NCBI GenBank assembly: GCA_036273855.1
Contig: DASUGU010000036.1
Coordinates: 11,041 to 75,040, forward strand
Origin: Pseudonocardiaceae bacterium
Lineage (GTDB): Bacteria; Actinomycetota; Actinomycetes; Mycobacteriales; Pseudonocardiaceae
Direction of reading: 5' to 3'
Length of the DNA stretch: 64,000 nucleotides
In this document: piece by piece, positions 14,799 to 25,361 of the stretch
How the letters are laid out: each line of letters starts with the position of its first letter
Numbering within the stretch: position 1 is the stretch's first letter
The notes under the pieces: generated by a model
Database searches by the model: none
Told to the model about the DNA's origin: nothing
The model's input: only the letters and a program-made list of their open reading frames with translations
Position numbers and translations under genes: made by a program

Positions 14799-16391
14799 TC
14801 AGTCGTACATCCCTTCCACCAGCCATCGACCACCTGCACGCAGTAACAAGAGGGCCCGCTCGCCGTCGGCGTCGCTCAGCAACACCTGCAGCCGGGCGAC
14901 CCGCCGGCCGCCGTCCGGGTCCCACCAGCGCTCCACCACCGGCCACGGCCCGGCCCAGCCGCGCACCTCGCGGCCGTCGACGCGGTGCGGAATGCCGGTG
15001 AGCAGGTGCCAACCGGTGACCTCGACCGGCCTACCGGCGTCGTCCACCACCTCGGCGCGGGGCGGCGTGATGGGCACCTTCGTCGGCGCCGGGCGCAGCA
15101 ACCGGCCCGGCCACGGCGGTTCCGGGTCGGCGCCCGGCGCCCGCTCGTCACCCCACGGCACCATGCGCACCTGGTCGGCCGGCCCCCGCCCGCCGCCGAG
15201 CACCGCGGTGCACACCCCCGACGGACCGAGCAGACCCTGCACCCGGACCAGCGCCCGCCCGGCCCGCGCGGCTGCCTCGACCGGATCGGTGCCGCCGAAC
15301 CACATGCCGAACTGGAGCCCCCGACCGTCCACCACCTCTTCCGGGGCCAGCCGCAGCAGGTTCACGCCCGCCGTGGGCCGGTCGGACTCGGCGGCACGCA
15401 GCCAGCCGTCCAGTTGCCAACGCACCCGGTCCGCGATACCGGCCAGGGTGAGCGGCTCGGCGCACCGCCAGACCCGGTCGCGTTCCTCGCCGGCCTCGGT
15501 GCGGGCGTGGATGGCCAGGCGGGTGCAGGCCAGGCCGTGGTCGACCAGGCCGGTGTAGAGGCGTTGGGCGGCGGTCTTCGCGGCGAAGGCGGCGGCGTCC
15601 ACACGGTCGGCGGGCGGGTCGAGTTCGACGTCGACGATCAGTTCCGGCGGTGGGCGGCGACGGGCCAGCGGGCGGTCGGTGCGGCCGGCGGCCAGCCGGT
15701 GGGCGAGTACTGCGGCGCCACCGAACCGGGACGCCACGTCCTTTTCGGACAGTGTGGCGAACGCGCCCAGGGTGCGGATACCCAAGCGGCACAACAGGTC
15801 GACCAGCTCGGTGCGATCGGCGTTGTCCACCCGGCCGGCGCGGACCAGCCCGGTCGGATCGTCGGGCTGGTTGAGTTCGCCGACCGACAGCGGAGCCAGG
15901 AACGCCGGCGTGCCGCCCGGTGGCACGAGGGTGGCGCGGCGGGCGGCCAGGAGCGCGGCGAAGAGGCCGTCCGCGATGCCGACCTGGCATTCCACGCCGG
16001 TACGGGTGGCGACGTGGTCGATCACGTGCTCGGCGGCGGCTTCCGGGGTGCCGAAGTAGCTCAGCGGTCCCTGCACGGGCACGGCGATCACACCCGGCCG
16101 CACCACGTCGATCCCGGGCGCGAGCTCCTCGACGGCCGAGGCGACCGGCTCGAACAGCCGCGCGTCCCGGTCCGCGTCGTAGGGGAAGACGGTCAGTTCA
16201 GGGCAGCGCGACTGGGCGTCCCGGCGGCGGGTGCCCCGCCGGATCCCGTCCGCCCTGGCCGACGCCGAGCAGGCCACGACCCGGTGCGCGGCCACGACCG
16301 CGATGGGCAGGTGCATCGACATCCCGGCCACGGCAGCCGCGGCCATCGCCGGCCAGTCCGGGCACCAGACCGCGAGGAGTCGGGCCTCCAT
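14799..16391 (-). CDS. imuB: ImuB, Y-family-polymerase-like mutasome subunit
   Basis: ATG at 16391 (MEARLLAVWCPDWPAMAAAAV...), the typical ImuB start. That ATG shares 1 nt with the TGA of the upstream gene. Confidence 0.85.
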   Translation of the reverse strand: MEARLLAVWCPDWPAMAAAAVAGMSMHLPIAVVAAHRVVACSASARADGIRRGTRRRDAQSRCPELTVFPYDADRDARLFEPVASAVEELAPGIDVVRPGVIAVPVQGPLSYFGTPEAAAEHVIDHVATRTGVECQVGIADGLFAALLAARRATLVPPGGTPAFLAPLSVGELNQPDDPTGLVRAGRVDNADRTELVDLLCRLGIRTLGAFATLSEKDVASRFGGAAVLAHRLAAGRTDRPLARRRPPPELIVDVELDPPADRVDAAAFAAKTAAQRLYTGLVDHGLACTRLAIHARTEAGEERDRVWRCAEPLTLAGIADRVRWQLDGWLRAAESDRPTAGVNLLRLAPEEVVDGRGLQFGMWFGGTDPVEAAARAGRALVRVQGLLGPSGVCTAVLGGGRGPADQVRMVPWGDERAPGADPEPPWPGRLLRPAPTKVPITPPRAEVVDDAGRPVEVTGWHLLTGIPHRVDGREVRGWAGPWPVVERWWDPDGGRRVARLQVLLSDADGERALLLLRAGGRWLVEGMYD

Positions 16392-17962
16392 CAGCCCACC
16401 TCCACGACGTCTTCGGCGGGGCGGGCCGGCGGGCGGGGTTTCCTGGCGCGGCCTCGGCTCCAGTGGGGTGGAGCGGCCAGGTGCGGCCGGGCCGCCTCGG
16501 CTTCGGGACCGGCCTCGATCGATCCGGCGGGCGAGAGAGGCGGGCGCGGCCGAGCTTCGCCTGCGCCGGCCGGCGCGGGGGCGGCATGCCGTTGAACGGC
16601 GCCGATGCTCGCCAAGCCCGGACCGCTTGTCGGGCCAGGCGGCGGGCCTGCCGGGCGCGACGAGCTGGCCAGGCTCGGCGAGCTGGCCGGGCTCGGCGGG
16701 CTGGCAGCGGCGGCAGGCGAGAGAGCTGGACGCGACCGAGCGGACGAGGAACCTGAGCACGGCGAGCTGGCCGGGCTCAATGAGTTGGCGGCTGCGGCGG
16801 GCGAGAAAGCCGGGCGCGGCGAGTTGGCCGGGCGCGGCGAGCCGATCGGGCTCGGCGGGTTGGTTGCGGCGGCGGGTGAGGGAGCTGGGCGCGGCCGGGC
16901 GGACGGTTCATTGGCCGGCTCGGGGACGCTGGCCAACCCCGGCCGCCGCCCAGCGAGGCGCGCCGCATCGGCCGTTTCGTCGGCCGGTGCCGGCGCGCTG
17001 GTCTGCGCGGCGGGAGCGATCGGATGGATGTCGGAGGCAGCGCGACCGGCCGGGCTCGGCTGGGTGGCCGGCGGTGCGGCGGGAACGGTCGGGTGGGTTG
17101 TGTCCCGGGTTTCGGGGAGGCGGGGGTGATGTGCGGGGAGCAGGACAGGTGGCGACGGCGCGGGGAGGGTCAGGGTGGCTTGGGTGGGGCGGGTGGCGGA
17201 GCCTCGGCCGGTGGTGGTGATGGTCAGGGTGCGGGACTCCAGGTGGCCGTGGCCGTTGCCCAGGCCGGTCCAGCGGCTTTCCCTACAGTCCAGTTCCAGG
17301 TCGGCGCCGGGCCACGGGTCCGCCGTCAGCAGCACCGACTCCCGGTGTCTTGCCCTGGCGGACAGGCGCCTGGCCAGGGGTGCGGGGACGCCGGTGGCCA
17401 CCACCAGGTCCAGCCCGTCCAGCAGGGCCGACACCACGCCACCCAGCTCCGCCCCGGGATCGGGCACCAGGGCCAACCGGGACAGGGCGACACCCAACTC
17501 GGCCGCGGCCAGCAGCCCCAGGTCGGGCATGCCGACCACCGCCGCCCACGAACCGTCCGCCGTGGCCTCGGCGAGCAGCGCCAGCAGCACGGTGGTGGAC
17601 CCGCGCACCACCACCGTGCTGCCCCGCCGCAAACCCCGGTACGGCAACAGGTCCGCCAGCTCCGCGCGAACCGGCAACACCCGGCCCACCGGGCCGACTT
17701 CCACTCCCCGCTGGTGCTGGTCCAGGACCAGCCGGGCCCGCTGCCACTTCAGCGACCCGGCAGCACCATCGGGCTCCGGGACTCCCGGAGCCGACACCGC
17801 GTGCGGCGCCGTGAGCGACGCCAGCGGCGCCACCGCAGACCCGGACACCGGCCACCTCCACCACACAGTCGTGCGCACGCCCCATGCGCACGGACCGCCG
17901 TGGGGAGACGGCGGTGCCGGCTGGTCGAACCCCGACGCCGACCAGACCTCGGTATCGAACAT
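16391..17962 (-). CDS. imuA: ImuA'-like protein with long Pro/Ala/Ser-rich C-terminal extension
   Basis: The RecA-fold-like core LPYRGLRRGSTVVVRGSTTVLLALLAEATADGSWAAVVGMPDLGLLAAAELGVALSRLALVP is typical of ImuA'. The position is first in the imuA'-imuB-dnaE2 cassette. The exact start is uncertain. Confidence 0.7.
   Translation of the reverse strand: MFDTEVWSASGFDQPAPPSPHGGPCAWGVRTTVWWRWPVSGSAVAPLASLTAPHAVSAPGVPEPDGAAGSLKWQRARLVLDQHQRGVEVGPVGRVLPVRAELADLLPYRGLRRGSTVVVRGSTTVLLALLAEATADGSWAAVVGMPDLGLLAAAELGVALSRLALVPDPGAELGGVVSALLDGLDLVVATGVPAPLARRLSARARHRESVLLTADPWPGADLELDCRESRWTGLGNGHGHLESRTLTITTTGRGSATRPTQATLTLPAPSPPVLLPAHHPRLPETRDTTHPTVPAAPPATQPSPAGRAASDIHPIAPAAQTSAPAPADETADAARLAGRRPGLASVPEPANEPSARPRPAPSPAAATNPPSPIGSPRPANSPRPAFSPAAAANSLSPASSPCSGSSSARSRPALSPAAAASPPSPASSPSLASSSRPAGPPPGPTSGPGLASIGAVQRHAAPAPAGAGEARPRPPLSPAGSIEAGPEAEAARPHLAAPPHWSRGRARKPRPPARPAEDVVEVG
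16677..16895 (-). repeat. three degenerate tandem copies (period about 76-84 bp) inside the imuA' 3' half
   Basis: ggcgagctggccgggctc..gcggcggc.ggcgaga.agc recurs starting near 16677, 16761 and 16837. It encodes repeated ...RP.SPAAA..PPSP..SP... units. Confidence 0.65.
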
Positions 17963-17970
17963 ACGTTCGA
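17955..17970 (-). promoter_or_regulatory. perfect LexA (SOS) box at the head of the imuA'-imuB-dnaE2 cassette
   Basis: TCGAACATACGTTCGA equals TCGAAC-N4-GTTCGA. It overlaps the longest-ORF ATG at 17960-17962. Confidence 0.8.
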
Positions 17971-18174
17971 ACCGGGGTCCAACTTACCGTCCGGACCCCT
18001 GGTGTTGTCAACCCGATCACTCGGGCGAGTGAGGAAGTAGCTGCTGGTCAGGGACTCAGCGGGCGAAATGCCTGGTGCCGATCGGGCAGCGAGTGACGCC
18101 AGGCGCTCGACGCCGGGCCGCCCGGCCGGTACCGCTCAGTGAGCGACGGCCCGGTCCCGGTCGGCGGTCAGGAC

Positions 18175-19743
18175 TCAGTGGGCGAAGTGCCGCGTCCCGG
18201 TGAGATACAGGGTGACGCCGGCCCGCTCGGCCGCCGCGATGACCTCGGCGTCCCGGACCGAACCGCCCGGCTGGACCACGGCCCGCACGCCGGCCTCGGT
18301 CAGCACGTCGAGGCCGTCCGGGAACGGGAAGTAGGCGTCCGACGCGGCCACCGAACCGGCCGCCCGGTCGCCGGCCCGGCCGACCGCGAGCCGGGACGCG
18401 TCGACCCGGTTGACCTGGCCCATGCCGGCACCGACCGTGGCACCGTCGTGGACCAGCAGGATCGCGTTGGACTTCACCGCCCGCACCGACCGCCAGGCGA
18501 ACGCGAGATCGGCCAGCGTCGCCGCATCGGCCGGTGCACCGCAGGCCAGGCGCCAGTTGGCCGGGTCGTCGCCGTCCGTGTCGACCGCGTCGACGTCCTG
18601 CAGGAGCAGTCCGCCGCTCACCGGGCGCATCTCCACACCGTGCCGGACGGGTGGCTCGGCGACCAGGATGCGCAGGTTCTTCCTGCGGGCCAGCACGTCC
18701 AGCGCACCGTCCGCATAGGACGGAGCGAGGACGACCTCGGTGAAGATCTCGGCGATCTGCTCGGCCAACTCCACCGTGACCTCGCGGTTGGCCGCGATGA
18801 TGCCGCCGAACGCGCTGGACGGGTCGCAGGCGTGGGCCTTGCGGTGCGCGTCGGCGATGGCCGACGGTTCGTCCATAGTAGACACAGCGATGCCACACGG
18901 GTTGGCGTGCTTGACGATCGCGACGCACGGCAGGGTGTGGTCGTGGGCGGCACGCCAGGCGGCGTCCGCGTCGGTGTAGTTGTTGTACGACATCTCCTTG
19001 CCGTGCAACTGCCGCGCGGTGGCCAGGCCGGGACGGCGGTGGTCGGCCAGGTAGAGGGCGGCGCGCTGGTGCGGGTTCTCGCCGTAGCGCAGCACGTCCT
19101 GCCGCTGCCAGGTCGCGCCGACCCAGGACGGGAACACCTCGGCCTCGGGGGCCAGCACGCTGCCCATCCACGAGGCGACCGCGACGTCGTAGGACGCGGT
19201 GTGCCGGAACGCGGCGACGGCCAGCGAGCGGCGGTCGGCCAGGGTGAACCCGCCTGCCTTGACCTGCGCGGCGACCCAACCGTAACGGCTCGGGTCGACG
19301 ACGACCGCCACGCTGGCGTGGTTCTTGGCGGCGGCACGGACCATGGCCGGGCCGCCGATGTCGATCTGCTCGACGCACTCGTCCGGGCCGGCACCGGACG
19401 CGACGGTCCCGGTGAACGGGTACAGGTTGACCACGAGCAGGTCGAACGGCTCGATTCCCAAACCCCGCAACTGTTCCGCGTGCTCGGCGTTGGTCATGTC
19501 GGCGAGCAGGCCGGCGTGCACGTTCGGATGCAGGGTCTTGACCCGGCCGTCCAGGCTCTCCGGGAAACCGGTGAGCTCCTCGACCGGGGTGACGGGGATA
19601 CCGGCGTCGGCCAGGGCCTTGGCGGTGCCACCGGTGGACACGATCTGGACGCCCGCCGAGTGCAGCGCGGTGCCCAGTTCCAGCAGGCCCGACTTGTCGG
19701 AGACACCGATCAGTGCCCGGCGCACCGGTTTGCGATCACTCAC
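18175..19743 (-). CDS. purH: bifunctional AICAR formyltransferase / IMP cyclohydrolase
   Basis: GTG at 19743 ([20 protein letters not shown]...). Conserved throughout: GGTAKAL, KTLHP, YGENPHQ, and the ending TGTRHFAH. The track ORF 18175..21339 is an artefactual upstream extension. Confidence 0.95.
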   Translation of the reverse strand: MSDRKPVRRALIGVSDKSGLLELGTALHSAGVQIVSTGGTAKALADAGIPVTPVEELTGFPESLDGRVKTLHPNVHAGLLADMTNAEHAEQLRGLGIEPFDLLVVNLYPFTGTVASGAGPDECVEQIDIGGPAMVRAAAKNHASVAVVVDPSRYGWVAAQVKAGGFTLADRRSLAVAAFRHTASYDVAVASWMGSVLAPEAEVFPSWVGATWQRQDVLRYGENPHQRAALYLADHRRPGLATARQLHGKEMSYNNYTDADAAWRAAHDHTLPCVAIVKHANPCGIAVSTMDEPSAIADAHRKAHACDPSSAFGGIIAANREVTVELAEQIAEIFTEVVLAPSYADGALDVLARRKNLRILVAEPPVRHGVEMRPVSGGLLLQDVDAVDTDGDDPANWRLACGAPADAATLADLAFAWRSVRAVKSNAILLVHDGATVGAGMGQVNRVDASRLAVGRAGDRAAGSVAASDAYFPFPDGLDVLTEAGVRAVVQPGGSVRDAEVIAAAERAGVTLYLTGTRHFAH

Positions 19744-20417
19744 GGGATGCTCACCTTTCGTCCGTTGACCGTGCAACCCTCTCTGGCCAGCCTGCCGACG
19801 ACGTCGACGAGCATCCGGCGTTCCGCCACCTTGATCCGCTCGTGCAGTTCGGCCACCGAGTCGTCCGGTTCGACCGTCACCGCGCGCTGCGCCACGATCG
19901 GCCCGGTGTCCGTACCGGCGTCGACCAGGTGCGCCGTGCAGCCGGTGACCTTGACGCCGTGGGCCAGCGCGTCGGCGACCGGGTGCACACCGGGGAAGGA
20001 GGGCAGCAGCGCGGGGTGGGTGTTGAGGATGCGACCACCGAACGCGGCGAGGAACGACGGTCCGATGATCTTCATGAAACCGGCCAGCACCACCAGATCC
20101 GGCCGGTAGGCGTCGACGGCGTTGGTCAGCGCGTCGTCCCAGGCGGCCCGGTCCGGGTGGTCGGACAGGCGCACCGAGAAGTTCGGGATGGTGGCCTTCT
20201 CCGCCCGCGCCAGGCCCTCGATACCGAGCCGGTCCGCACCGACGGCGACGACCCGCACCGGGTAGTCGGTGGCGGCCGCGGCGTCGATCAGCGCCTGCAA
20301 CAGGGTGCCGGTGCCGGACACGAGCACGGCGACCCGTACGGGTAGGGCAAAGCTCAGCCGGTGGACCGTGGGGGTGTCGGACAGGCTCAGCGTGGTCTCC
20401 TGACAGCCGGTGCGCAT
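19740..20417 (-). CDS. purN: phosphoribosylglycinamide formyltransferase
   Basis: [19 protein letters not shown]...LAGFMKI...[12 protein letters not shown]...[16 protein letters not shown]. Its stop overlaps the purH GTG (GTGA). The true start may be downstream of 20417. Confidence 0.9.
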   Translation of the reverse strand: MRTGCQETTLSLSDTPTVHRLSFALPVRVAVLVSGTGTLLQALIDAAAATDYPVRVVAVGADRLGIEGLARAEKATIPNFSVRLSDHPDRAAWDDALTNAVDAYRPDLVVLAGFMKIIGPSFLAAFGGRILNTHPALLPSFPGVHPVADALAHGVKVTGCTAHLVDAGTDTGPIVAQRAVTVEPDDSVAELHERIKVAERRMLVDVVGRLAREGCTVNGRKVSIP

Positions 20418-20444
20418 GCCCGTCCAGCCTAGGCGGTGCCAGGT

Positions 20445-21674
20445 TCAGGCCGGTGAGGGGCCCGAATCCGGCTCCGGTTCGTCCTCGAAGTCGTCCTCGA
20501 CGACCGGTTCGGGTTCGGCCCGACCGGCCACCCGGACGGTCACCGCCGCCGGCACACCGATGAGCAGGCACACCGCCACACCCAGCGATCCGGCCGGCAC
20601 GGTCACCGGGTCGAACGGGCCACCGGCCAACGCGCCACCGGCCAGGGCCGCCGCGACCAGGCTGACGGCGCCGGCCATCAGAGCCGCGACGCCGACCGCG
20701 CGCAACCGATCGGTGAGCAGGCCGTCGAACCGGCGGCACACCAGACCGACGAGCACGCCGACGGCGAGCGGCAGCAACATCAGGAACACCCACCAGTCGC
20801 CGACCGCGTCCGGCAGCGGCCCCAGCACCGGCACGGCGGGCAGCGGGCCGTCGTGGAACCGCCACTGCGCCAACGCGAACGACCCCACCGAGAACCCCGG
20901 ACCGGCGGCGAACGACAGGGCGCCGATCAGCACGTTGGGCAGGTACGCCAGGCACAGCAGGGCCATGCCCAACCCCCCACCGGCACCGGGTGCGGCCGCA
21001 CCGAACAGCCGCACCACCGTGGGCAGCGATCCGACCAACCCGATCGCGAACACGAGTGCGCCGACGACGGCCAGCGCCACCAGGGCGAGCCGGCCGGCGC
21101 GCAACCCGGCCTCGGTGGCACCGTCCGCCCTGGACAGCACGGCGGCCAGCAGCCCGCACTGCCGGGCCGTGCCGACGGCGGCGGCGAACGCGGCCAGGAG
21201 GCCGGCGACGAAGAACGCGACCACCGGCGGTGCCGTGACCGTCCAGCCGAGACACGGCAGGGCGACGAGCAATCCGAACACGCCGTGTGCGGCGCCGACC
21301 GTGCCGATCACCTTCGCCGCGCCACGCGGGGTGTCCCACTCCAGGCGCCGTGCCGCGTTGCCGGCCGACCGGGCCACCAGGGCCAGCACGCCGATGGTGG
21401 GCAGCAGCGGCAGCACGCCCAGCTCGTGCCCGGCGATGCTGACCGGCACGTGGTGGACGGCCAACCAGGCCGGTCCGGCCGCGCGCAACACCCCGCCGGT
21501 GGACAGCGTCGCGCCGGGCGCCGTCGCGGTGACCAGGGCGAGGACTGCCGCGATGCCGGCGTAACCGGCGACCGGCGAGCCGACCGCGGCGACGAGCAGC
21601 ACCCGTGCCGGCCGGTCAGCCCGGCCGGCCCGCCCGGGCGCCGCTGGTCGCGGGACCGACTGCAGGGTGGGCAT
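20445..21674 (-). CDS. polytopic membrane protein, PerM-like (DUF6350)
   Basis: 409 aa, many TM helices and an acidic C-terminus. The position between sucD and purN matches mycobacterial Rv0955 (perM). Confidence 0.55.
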   Translation of the reverse strand: MPTLQSVPRPAAPGRAGRADRPARVLLVAAVGSPVAGYAGIAAVLALVTATAPGATLSTGGVLRAAGPAWLAVHHVPVSIAGHELGVLPLLPTIGVLALVARSAGNAARRLEWDTPRGAAKVIGTVGAAHGVFGLLVALPCLGWTVTAPPVVAFFVAGLLAAFAAAVGTARQCGLLAAVLSRADGATEAGLRAGRLALVALAVVGALVFAIGLVGSLPTVVRLFGAAAPGAGGGLGMALLCLAYLPNVLIGALSFAAGPGFSVGSFALAQWRFHDGPLPAVPVLGPLPDAVGDWWVFLMLLPLAVGVLVGLVCRRFDGLLTDRLRAVGVAALMAGAVSLVAAALAGGALAGGPFDPVTVPAGSLGVAVCLLIGVPAAVTVRVAGRAEPEPVVEDDFEDEPEPDSGPSPA

Positions 21675-21743
21675 GCACCCACTCTGACAAAGCCGTTGGG
21701 CCGTTCGGCCGAGCCACGCCGCGTCCGATCCGCCCCGAACGGC

Positions 21744-22430
21744 TTATTCCATGCCGCTGCCGCCGGGCGGGGTCTGCGGGTGGCTGATCTGGCCGGGGTG
21801 CTGCAGGAACTGGGTCGACTGCGGGCCGCCCTGCTGGCCCCCCTGCTGGCCGCCCTGCTGGCCGCCCATGTACTGGGTGGCCTGCTGGTGCTGCGGGTGC
21901 GGCTGCTGGTGGTGCTGGCCGCCGGGGGGCGGGCCGTAGCCGCCAGCGGTCGGGTAGGTGGGCGCGGCCGGGTGCGGCACGGCCTGCCGGGGGGCGAGCT
22001 TGACCAGGCCGAAGTCCATGAGCACCACGACGACGGCGACGATGGCCTGCAGCAGGCCGAGCACCAGGATCAGGATCGCCGTGGTGGGCAGGCCGCCCTG
22101 GGAGTTGTTGATCACCGCGTCGAGGAAGCCGAGGCCGCCGACCAGGGACAGCACCGCCACGAAGGGCAGCAGCGCCTGGTTGGGGCGCAGCAGGGTCAGG
22201 CCGGCCAGCAGGCCGCCGGCGAGCAGGGAGAGCACCTCGAAGCCGGAGCCACCGCCGAAGCTGCAGAAGTAGGCGGCCAGCGAGAGCACGAACACGGCGA
22301 GGGTGAGCAGGCCGGGGATGCCGAGCCGGCTCAGCGGGTTGGGGGCGGAGGGCGGCTGACCGAAGACGGAGGGCCCCTGCTGCTGGTGTTGGCCGGGGTA
22401 TCCACCGGGCGGGCCGCTGGGGTAGGACAT
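21744..22430 (-). CDS. Pro/Gln/Gly-rich membrane protein (Rv0954 / DUF5336-like)
   Basis: Starts MSYPSGPPGGYPGQHQQQG. It has a central block of 4 TM helices and a C-terminal (GGQQ)n low-complexity region. The synteny fits. Confidence 0.5.
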   Translation of the reverse strand: MSYPSGPPGGYPGQHQQQGPSVFGQPPSAPNPLSRLGIPGLLTLAVFVLSLAAYFCSFGGGSGFEVLSLLAGGLLAGLTLLRPNQALLPFVAVLSLVGGLGFLDAVINNSQGGLPTTAILILVLGLLQAIVAVVVVLMDFGLVKLAPRQAVPHPAAPTYPTAGGYGPPPGGQHHQQPHPQHQQATQYMGGQQGGQQGGQQGGPQSTQFLQHPGQISHPQTPPGGSGME

Positions 22431-22575
22431 CGGGTTCACTCCTCGATCGGTCGGTGACTCGGACTAGCTAGCACAGCACGGTTGGCACGGCAGCGGAACA
22501 GTAGCGAATCGTGACCGTGTTAGGCATGGGGGTGAAGACCAGAGACCGGACGAATGACGCCAACCGCCGAAACGC

Positions 22576-22613
22576 ACACGAGGTGGGACGCTGAGTAGCG
22601 CCCCACCTCGTGT
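22576..22613 (-). terminator. hairpin terminator after sucD
   Basis: Perfect 12-bp inverted repeat acacgaggtggg/cccacctcgtgt, 16 nt past the sucD stop. It is followed on the minus strand by GCGTTTCGG. Confidence 0.5.
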
Positions 22614-22628
22614 CCGGGTAACGGATCG

Positions 22629-23525
22629 TCAGAGCGACGCCACGATCTCCCTGGCCAACGCCGCCGTCTCGCTCGGCGTCCGGCCGACGCGTACGCCGGC
22701 CGCCTCCAGGGCCTCCTTCTTCGCCTGCGCCGTGCCGGACGAGCCGGACACGATGGCGCCCGCGTGGCCCATCGTCTTGCCCTCGGGCGCGGTGAAACCG
22801 GCGACATAGCCGATGACCGGCTTGGTGATGTTGGCCCGGATGTAGTCGGCGGCCCGCTCCTCGGCGTCGCCGCCGATCTCGCCGATCATCACGATCGCCG
22901 CCGTGTCCGGGTCGTCCTGGAACGCCTGGAGCGCGTCGATGTGCGTGGTGCCGATGACCGGGTCGCCGCCGATGCCGACCGCGCTGGAGAAGCCGACGTC
23001 CCGCAGCTCGTACATCATCTGGTAGGTCAGCGTGCCGGACTTGGACACCAGGCCCATCCGGCCCGGGCCGGTGATGTCGGCCGGGATGATGCCCGCGTTG
23101 GACTTGCCGGGGCTGATCAGGCCGGGGCAGTTCGGGCCGATGATCCGGGTCCGGTTGCCGGTGGCGCAGGCGTGGGCCCAGAAGTAGGCGGTGTCGTGCA
23201 CCGGGATGCCCTCGGTGATCACCACGCACAGCGGGATGCCGGCGTCGATCGCCTCGATGGCGCCCGCCTTGGCGAACGCCGGGGGGACGAACCCGACCGA
23301 CACGTCGGCACCCGTCTCGGCCATGGCCTCGGCGACGGTGGCGAACACCGGCAGCACCGTGCCGTCGAAGTCGACGTGCTGGCCCGCCTTGCGCGGGTTC
23401 ACGCCACCCACGACGTTGGTGCCGGACTTGAGCATCCGCTTGGTGTGCTTGGTGCCCTCGGAGCCGGTGATGCCCTGGACGATGACCTTGCTGTTCTCGT
23501 TGAGGAAAATTGCCATCTGTGTCAC
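22629..23525 (-). CDS. sucD: succinate--CoA ligase subunit alpha
   Basis: [28 protein letters not shown]..., [11 protein letters not shown] and MGHAGAIV motifs. Confidence 0.95.
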   Translation of the reverse strand: MTQMAIFLNENSKVIVQGITGSEGTKHTKRMLKSGTNVVGGVNPRKAGQHVDFDGTVLPVFATVAEAMAETGADVSVGFVPPAFAKAGAIEAIDAGIPLCVVITEGIPVHDTAYFWAHACATGNRTRIIGPNCPGLISPGKSNAGIIPADITGPGRMGLVSKSGTLTYQMMYELRDVGFSSAVGIGGDPVIGTTHIDALQAFQDDPDTAAIVMIGEIGGDAEERAADYIRANITKPVIGYVAGFTAPEGKTMGHAGAIVSGSSGTAQAKKEALEAAGVRVGRTPSETAALAREIVASL

Positions 23526-24700
23526 GCCCCCGCGGCGGCGAGTTCGGCGGCCTTGTCGGCCGCGCTGTCCATGGTGTCCACCTGCTGCACGCCGGGCAGG
23601 GCGGCGTCCACGAGGATGCGGCGGCCCTCCTCGGCGTTGTTGCCGTCCAGCCGGACGACGATCGGCTTGTCGACCGGTTCACCCGCGTCGGACAGCAGCG
23701 CGAACGCCTGCACGATGCCGTTGGCCACCGCGTCGCACGCGGTGATGCCGCCGAAGACGTTGACGAAGACGCTGCGCACGTCCGGGTCGGACAGGATGAT
23801 CTCCAGGCCGTTGGCCATCACCTCGGCGGAGGCGCCGCCGCCGATGTCCAGGAAGTTGGCCGGTTTCACGCCGGAGTGCCGCTCACCCGCGTAGGCCACG
23901 ACGTCCAAAGTGGACATCACGAGACCCGCGCCGTTGCCGATGATGCCGACCTGGCCGTCGAGCTTGACGTAGTTGAGGTGCTTGGCCTTCGCCCTGGCCT
24001 CCAGCGGGTCCTCCGCCTGCTGGTCGACCAGCTCGGCGTGGCCCGGGTGCCGGAAGCCGGCGTTGTCGTCCAGGGTGACCTTGCCGTCCAGGGCGACGAT
24101 CGCGTCCTGTGGGTCGCGCACCAGCGGGTTGACCTCGACCAGGGTGGCGTCCTCGGCGACGAAGGTCTCCCACAGCTTGACCAGCGTGGCCACCACGCCG
24201 TCGACCACCTCGGCGGGGAACTTCGCGGCGGCGGCGATCGCGCGGGCCTTCGCCTCGTCGACACCGGCGATCGGGTCGACCGGGATGCGGGCCAGTGCCT
24301 CGGGGCGCTCCACGGCCAACTGCTCGATCTCCATGCCGCCCTCGTAGGACGCCATGGCGAGGAACGTGCGGTTGGTGCGGTCCAGCAGGAAGGAGACGTA
24401 GTACTCCTCCGCGATGTCGCTGGCCGGCGTGACCAGCACGCGGTGCACGGTGTGGCCCTTGATGTCCATGCCCAGGATGGCCGCTGCCTTCTCCTGGGTC
24501 TCGTCCGGCGTCCCGGCCAGCTTCACGCCGCCCGCCTTGCCCCGGCCGCCGGTCTTCACCTGGGCCTTGACCACGACGGTCTGGCCGTACTGTTCGGCCG
24601 CCGCCCGCGCCTGCTCCGGGGTGGTCGCCACGGTGCCGGGCAGCACCGGCACGCCGTGGGCGGCGAAGAGATCCTTCGCCTGGTACTCGTACAGGTCCAC
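23522..24700 (-). CDS. sucC: succinate--CoA ligase subunit beta (ADP-forming)
   Basis: [19 protein letters not shown]..., an ATP-grasp domain, and a 4-nt overlap with sucD. Confidence 0.95.
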   Translation of the reverse strand: MDLYEYQAKDLFAAHGVPVLPGTVATTPEQARAAAEQYGQTVVVKAQVKTGGRGKAGGVKLAGTPDETQEKAAAILGMDIKGHTVHRVLVTPASDIAEEYYVSFLLDRTNRTFLAMASYEGGMEIEQLAVERPEALARIPVDPIAGVDEAKARAIAAAAKFPAEVVDGVVATLVKLWETFVAEDATLVEVNPLVRDPQDAIVALDGKVTLDDNAGFRHPGHAELVDQQAEDPLEARAKAKHLNYVKLDGQVGIIGNGAGLVMSTLDVVAYAGERHSGVKPANFLDIGGGASAEVMANGLEIILSDPDVRSVFVNVFGGITACDAVANGIVQAFALLSDAGEPVDKPIVVRLDGNNAEEGRRILVDAALPGVQQVDTMDSAADKAAELAAAGA

Positions 24701-24863
24701 TCTTCAGTCTCTCCTGACTACGCCAACTAAGCGGCGAACGAGGTCGAACACGTAGCTGCGGGCTGACACGGGGCGCCGCGGAACCGCGTCGACCCTATCG
24801 ACCTGGATCGAAACGGGTGCCGGTCGGACCGGTGAGGTCCGTCACCGACGGTGGTGAGTTCGG

Positions 24864-25280
24864 TCACGGAACGGTGGCTGAGTCCGCACCGCCGACCGTG
24901 GCCCGCACCCAGTCGACGATCTCCTGGGTGGGCGAGCCCGGCGTGAACACCCGCGCGACACCGAGTTCGGTCAGCTTCGGGATGTCCTCGTCCGGGATGA
25001 TCCCGCCGCCGAACACGACGACGTCCTGGGCACCGCGTTCGGCGAGCAGTTCGACCACCCGGGCGAACAGCGTCATGTGAGCGCCGGACAGGACGGAGAG
25101 CCCGACGGCGTCGGCGTCCTCCTGCAGCGCGGTCTCCACGATCTGTTCGGGTGTCTGGTGCAGACCGGTGTAGACGACCTCGATGCCGGCGTCGCGCAGG
25201 GCTCTCGCCACCACCTTGACACCTCTGTCGTGCCCGTCCAGACCGGGCTTGGCCACCACGACGCGGATCCGGCCACTCAT
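24864..25280 (-). CDS. stand-alone cobalamin (B12)-binding domain protein, acyl-CoA mutase small-subunit-like
   Basis: ATG at 25280. [65 protein letters not shown] carries the DxHxxG-type B12 motif, as in IcmB or the MCM C-terminus. Confidence 0.8.
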   Translation of the reverse strand: MSGRIRVVVAKPGLDGHDRGVKVVARALRDAGIEVVYTGLHQTPEQIVETALQEDADAVGLSVLSGAHMTLFARVVELLAERGAQDVVVFGGGIIPDEDIPKLTELGVARVFTPGSPTQEIVDWVRATVGGADSATVP

Positions 25281-25361
25281 GACCGCAGGGTAGGCCATCG
25301 GCAGCAGGCCGGAGCCGGCCGCCACCGTCATGTGACCAGGGTCCCGCCGGGGTTCACCCGG

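Noticed and set aside
16600-16920. Tandem repeats as a CRISPR array or minisatellite outside genes. The Thr- and Pro-coding repeats at 35089-35190 and 49041-49136 and the (GGQQ)n repeat at 21828-21863 were considered too.
   Set aside because: All lie inside long open reading frames, are degenerate, and lack unique spacers of regular size. They are coding low-complexity repeats.
18056-19378. 440-aa ORF ending ...GTRHFAR that looks like a second purH.
   Set aside because: It is out of frame with purH over almost its whole length. Only its last 14 or so codons lie in the decayed duplicate of the purH 3' end, which is reported as a finding.
18175-21339. 1054-aa ORF apparently fusing purH, purN and the PerM-like gene region. 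The 804-aa ORF 47661..50075 is a similar case.
   Set aside because: Only the C-terminal parts carry recognisable protein sequence. Internal starts (GTG 19743; ATG 49229) give proteins with canonical N-termini. The upstream parts are the wrong frame of neighbouring genes.
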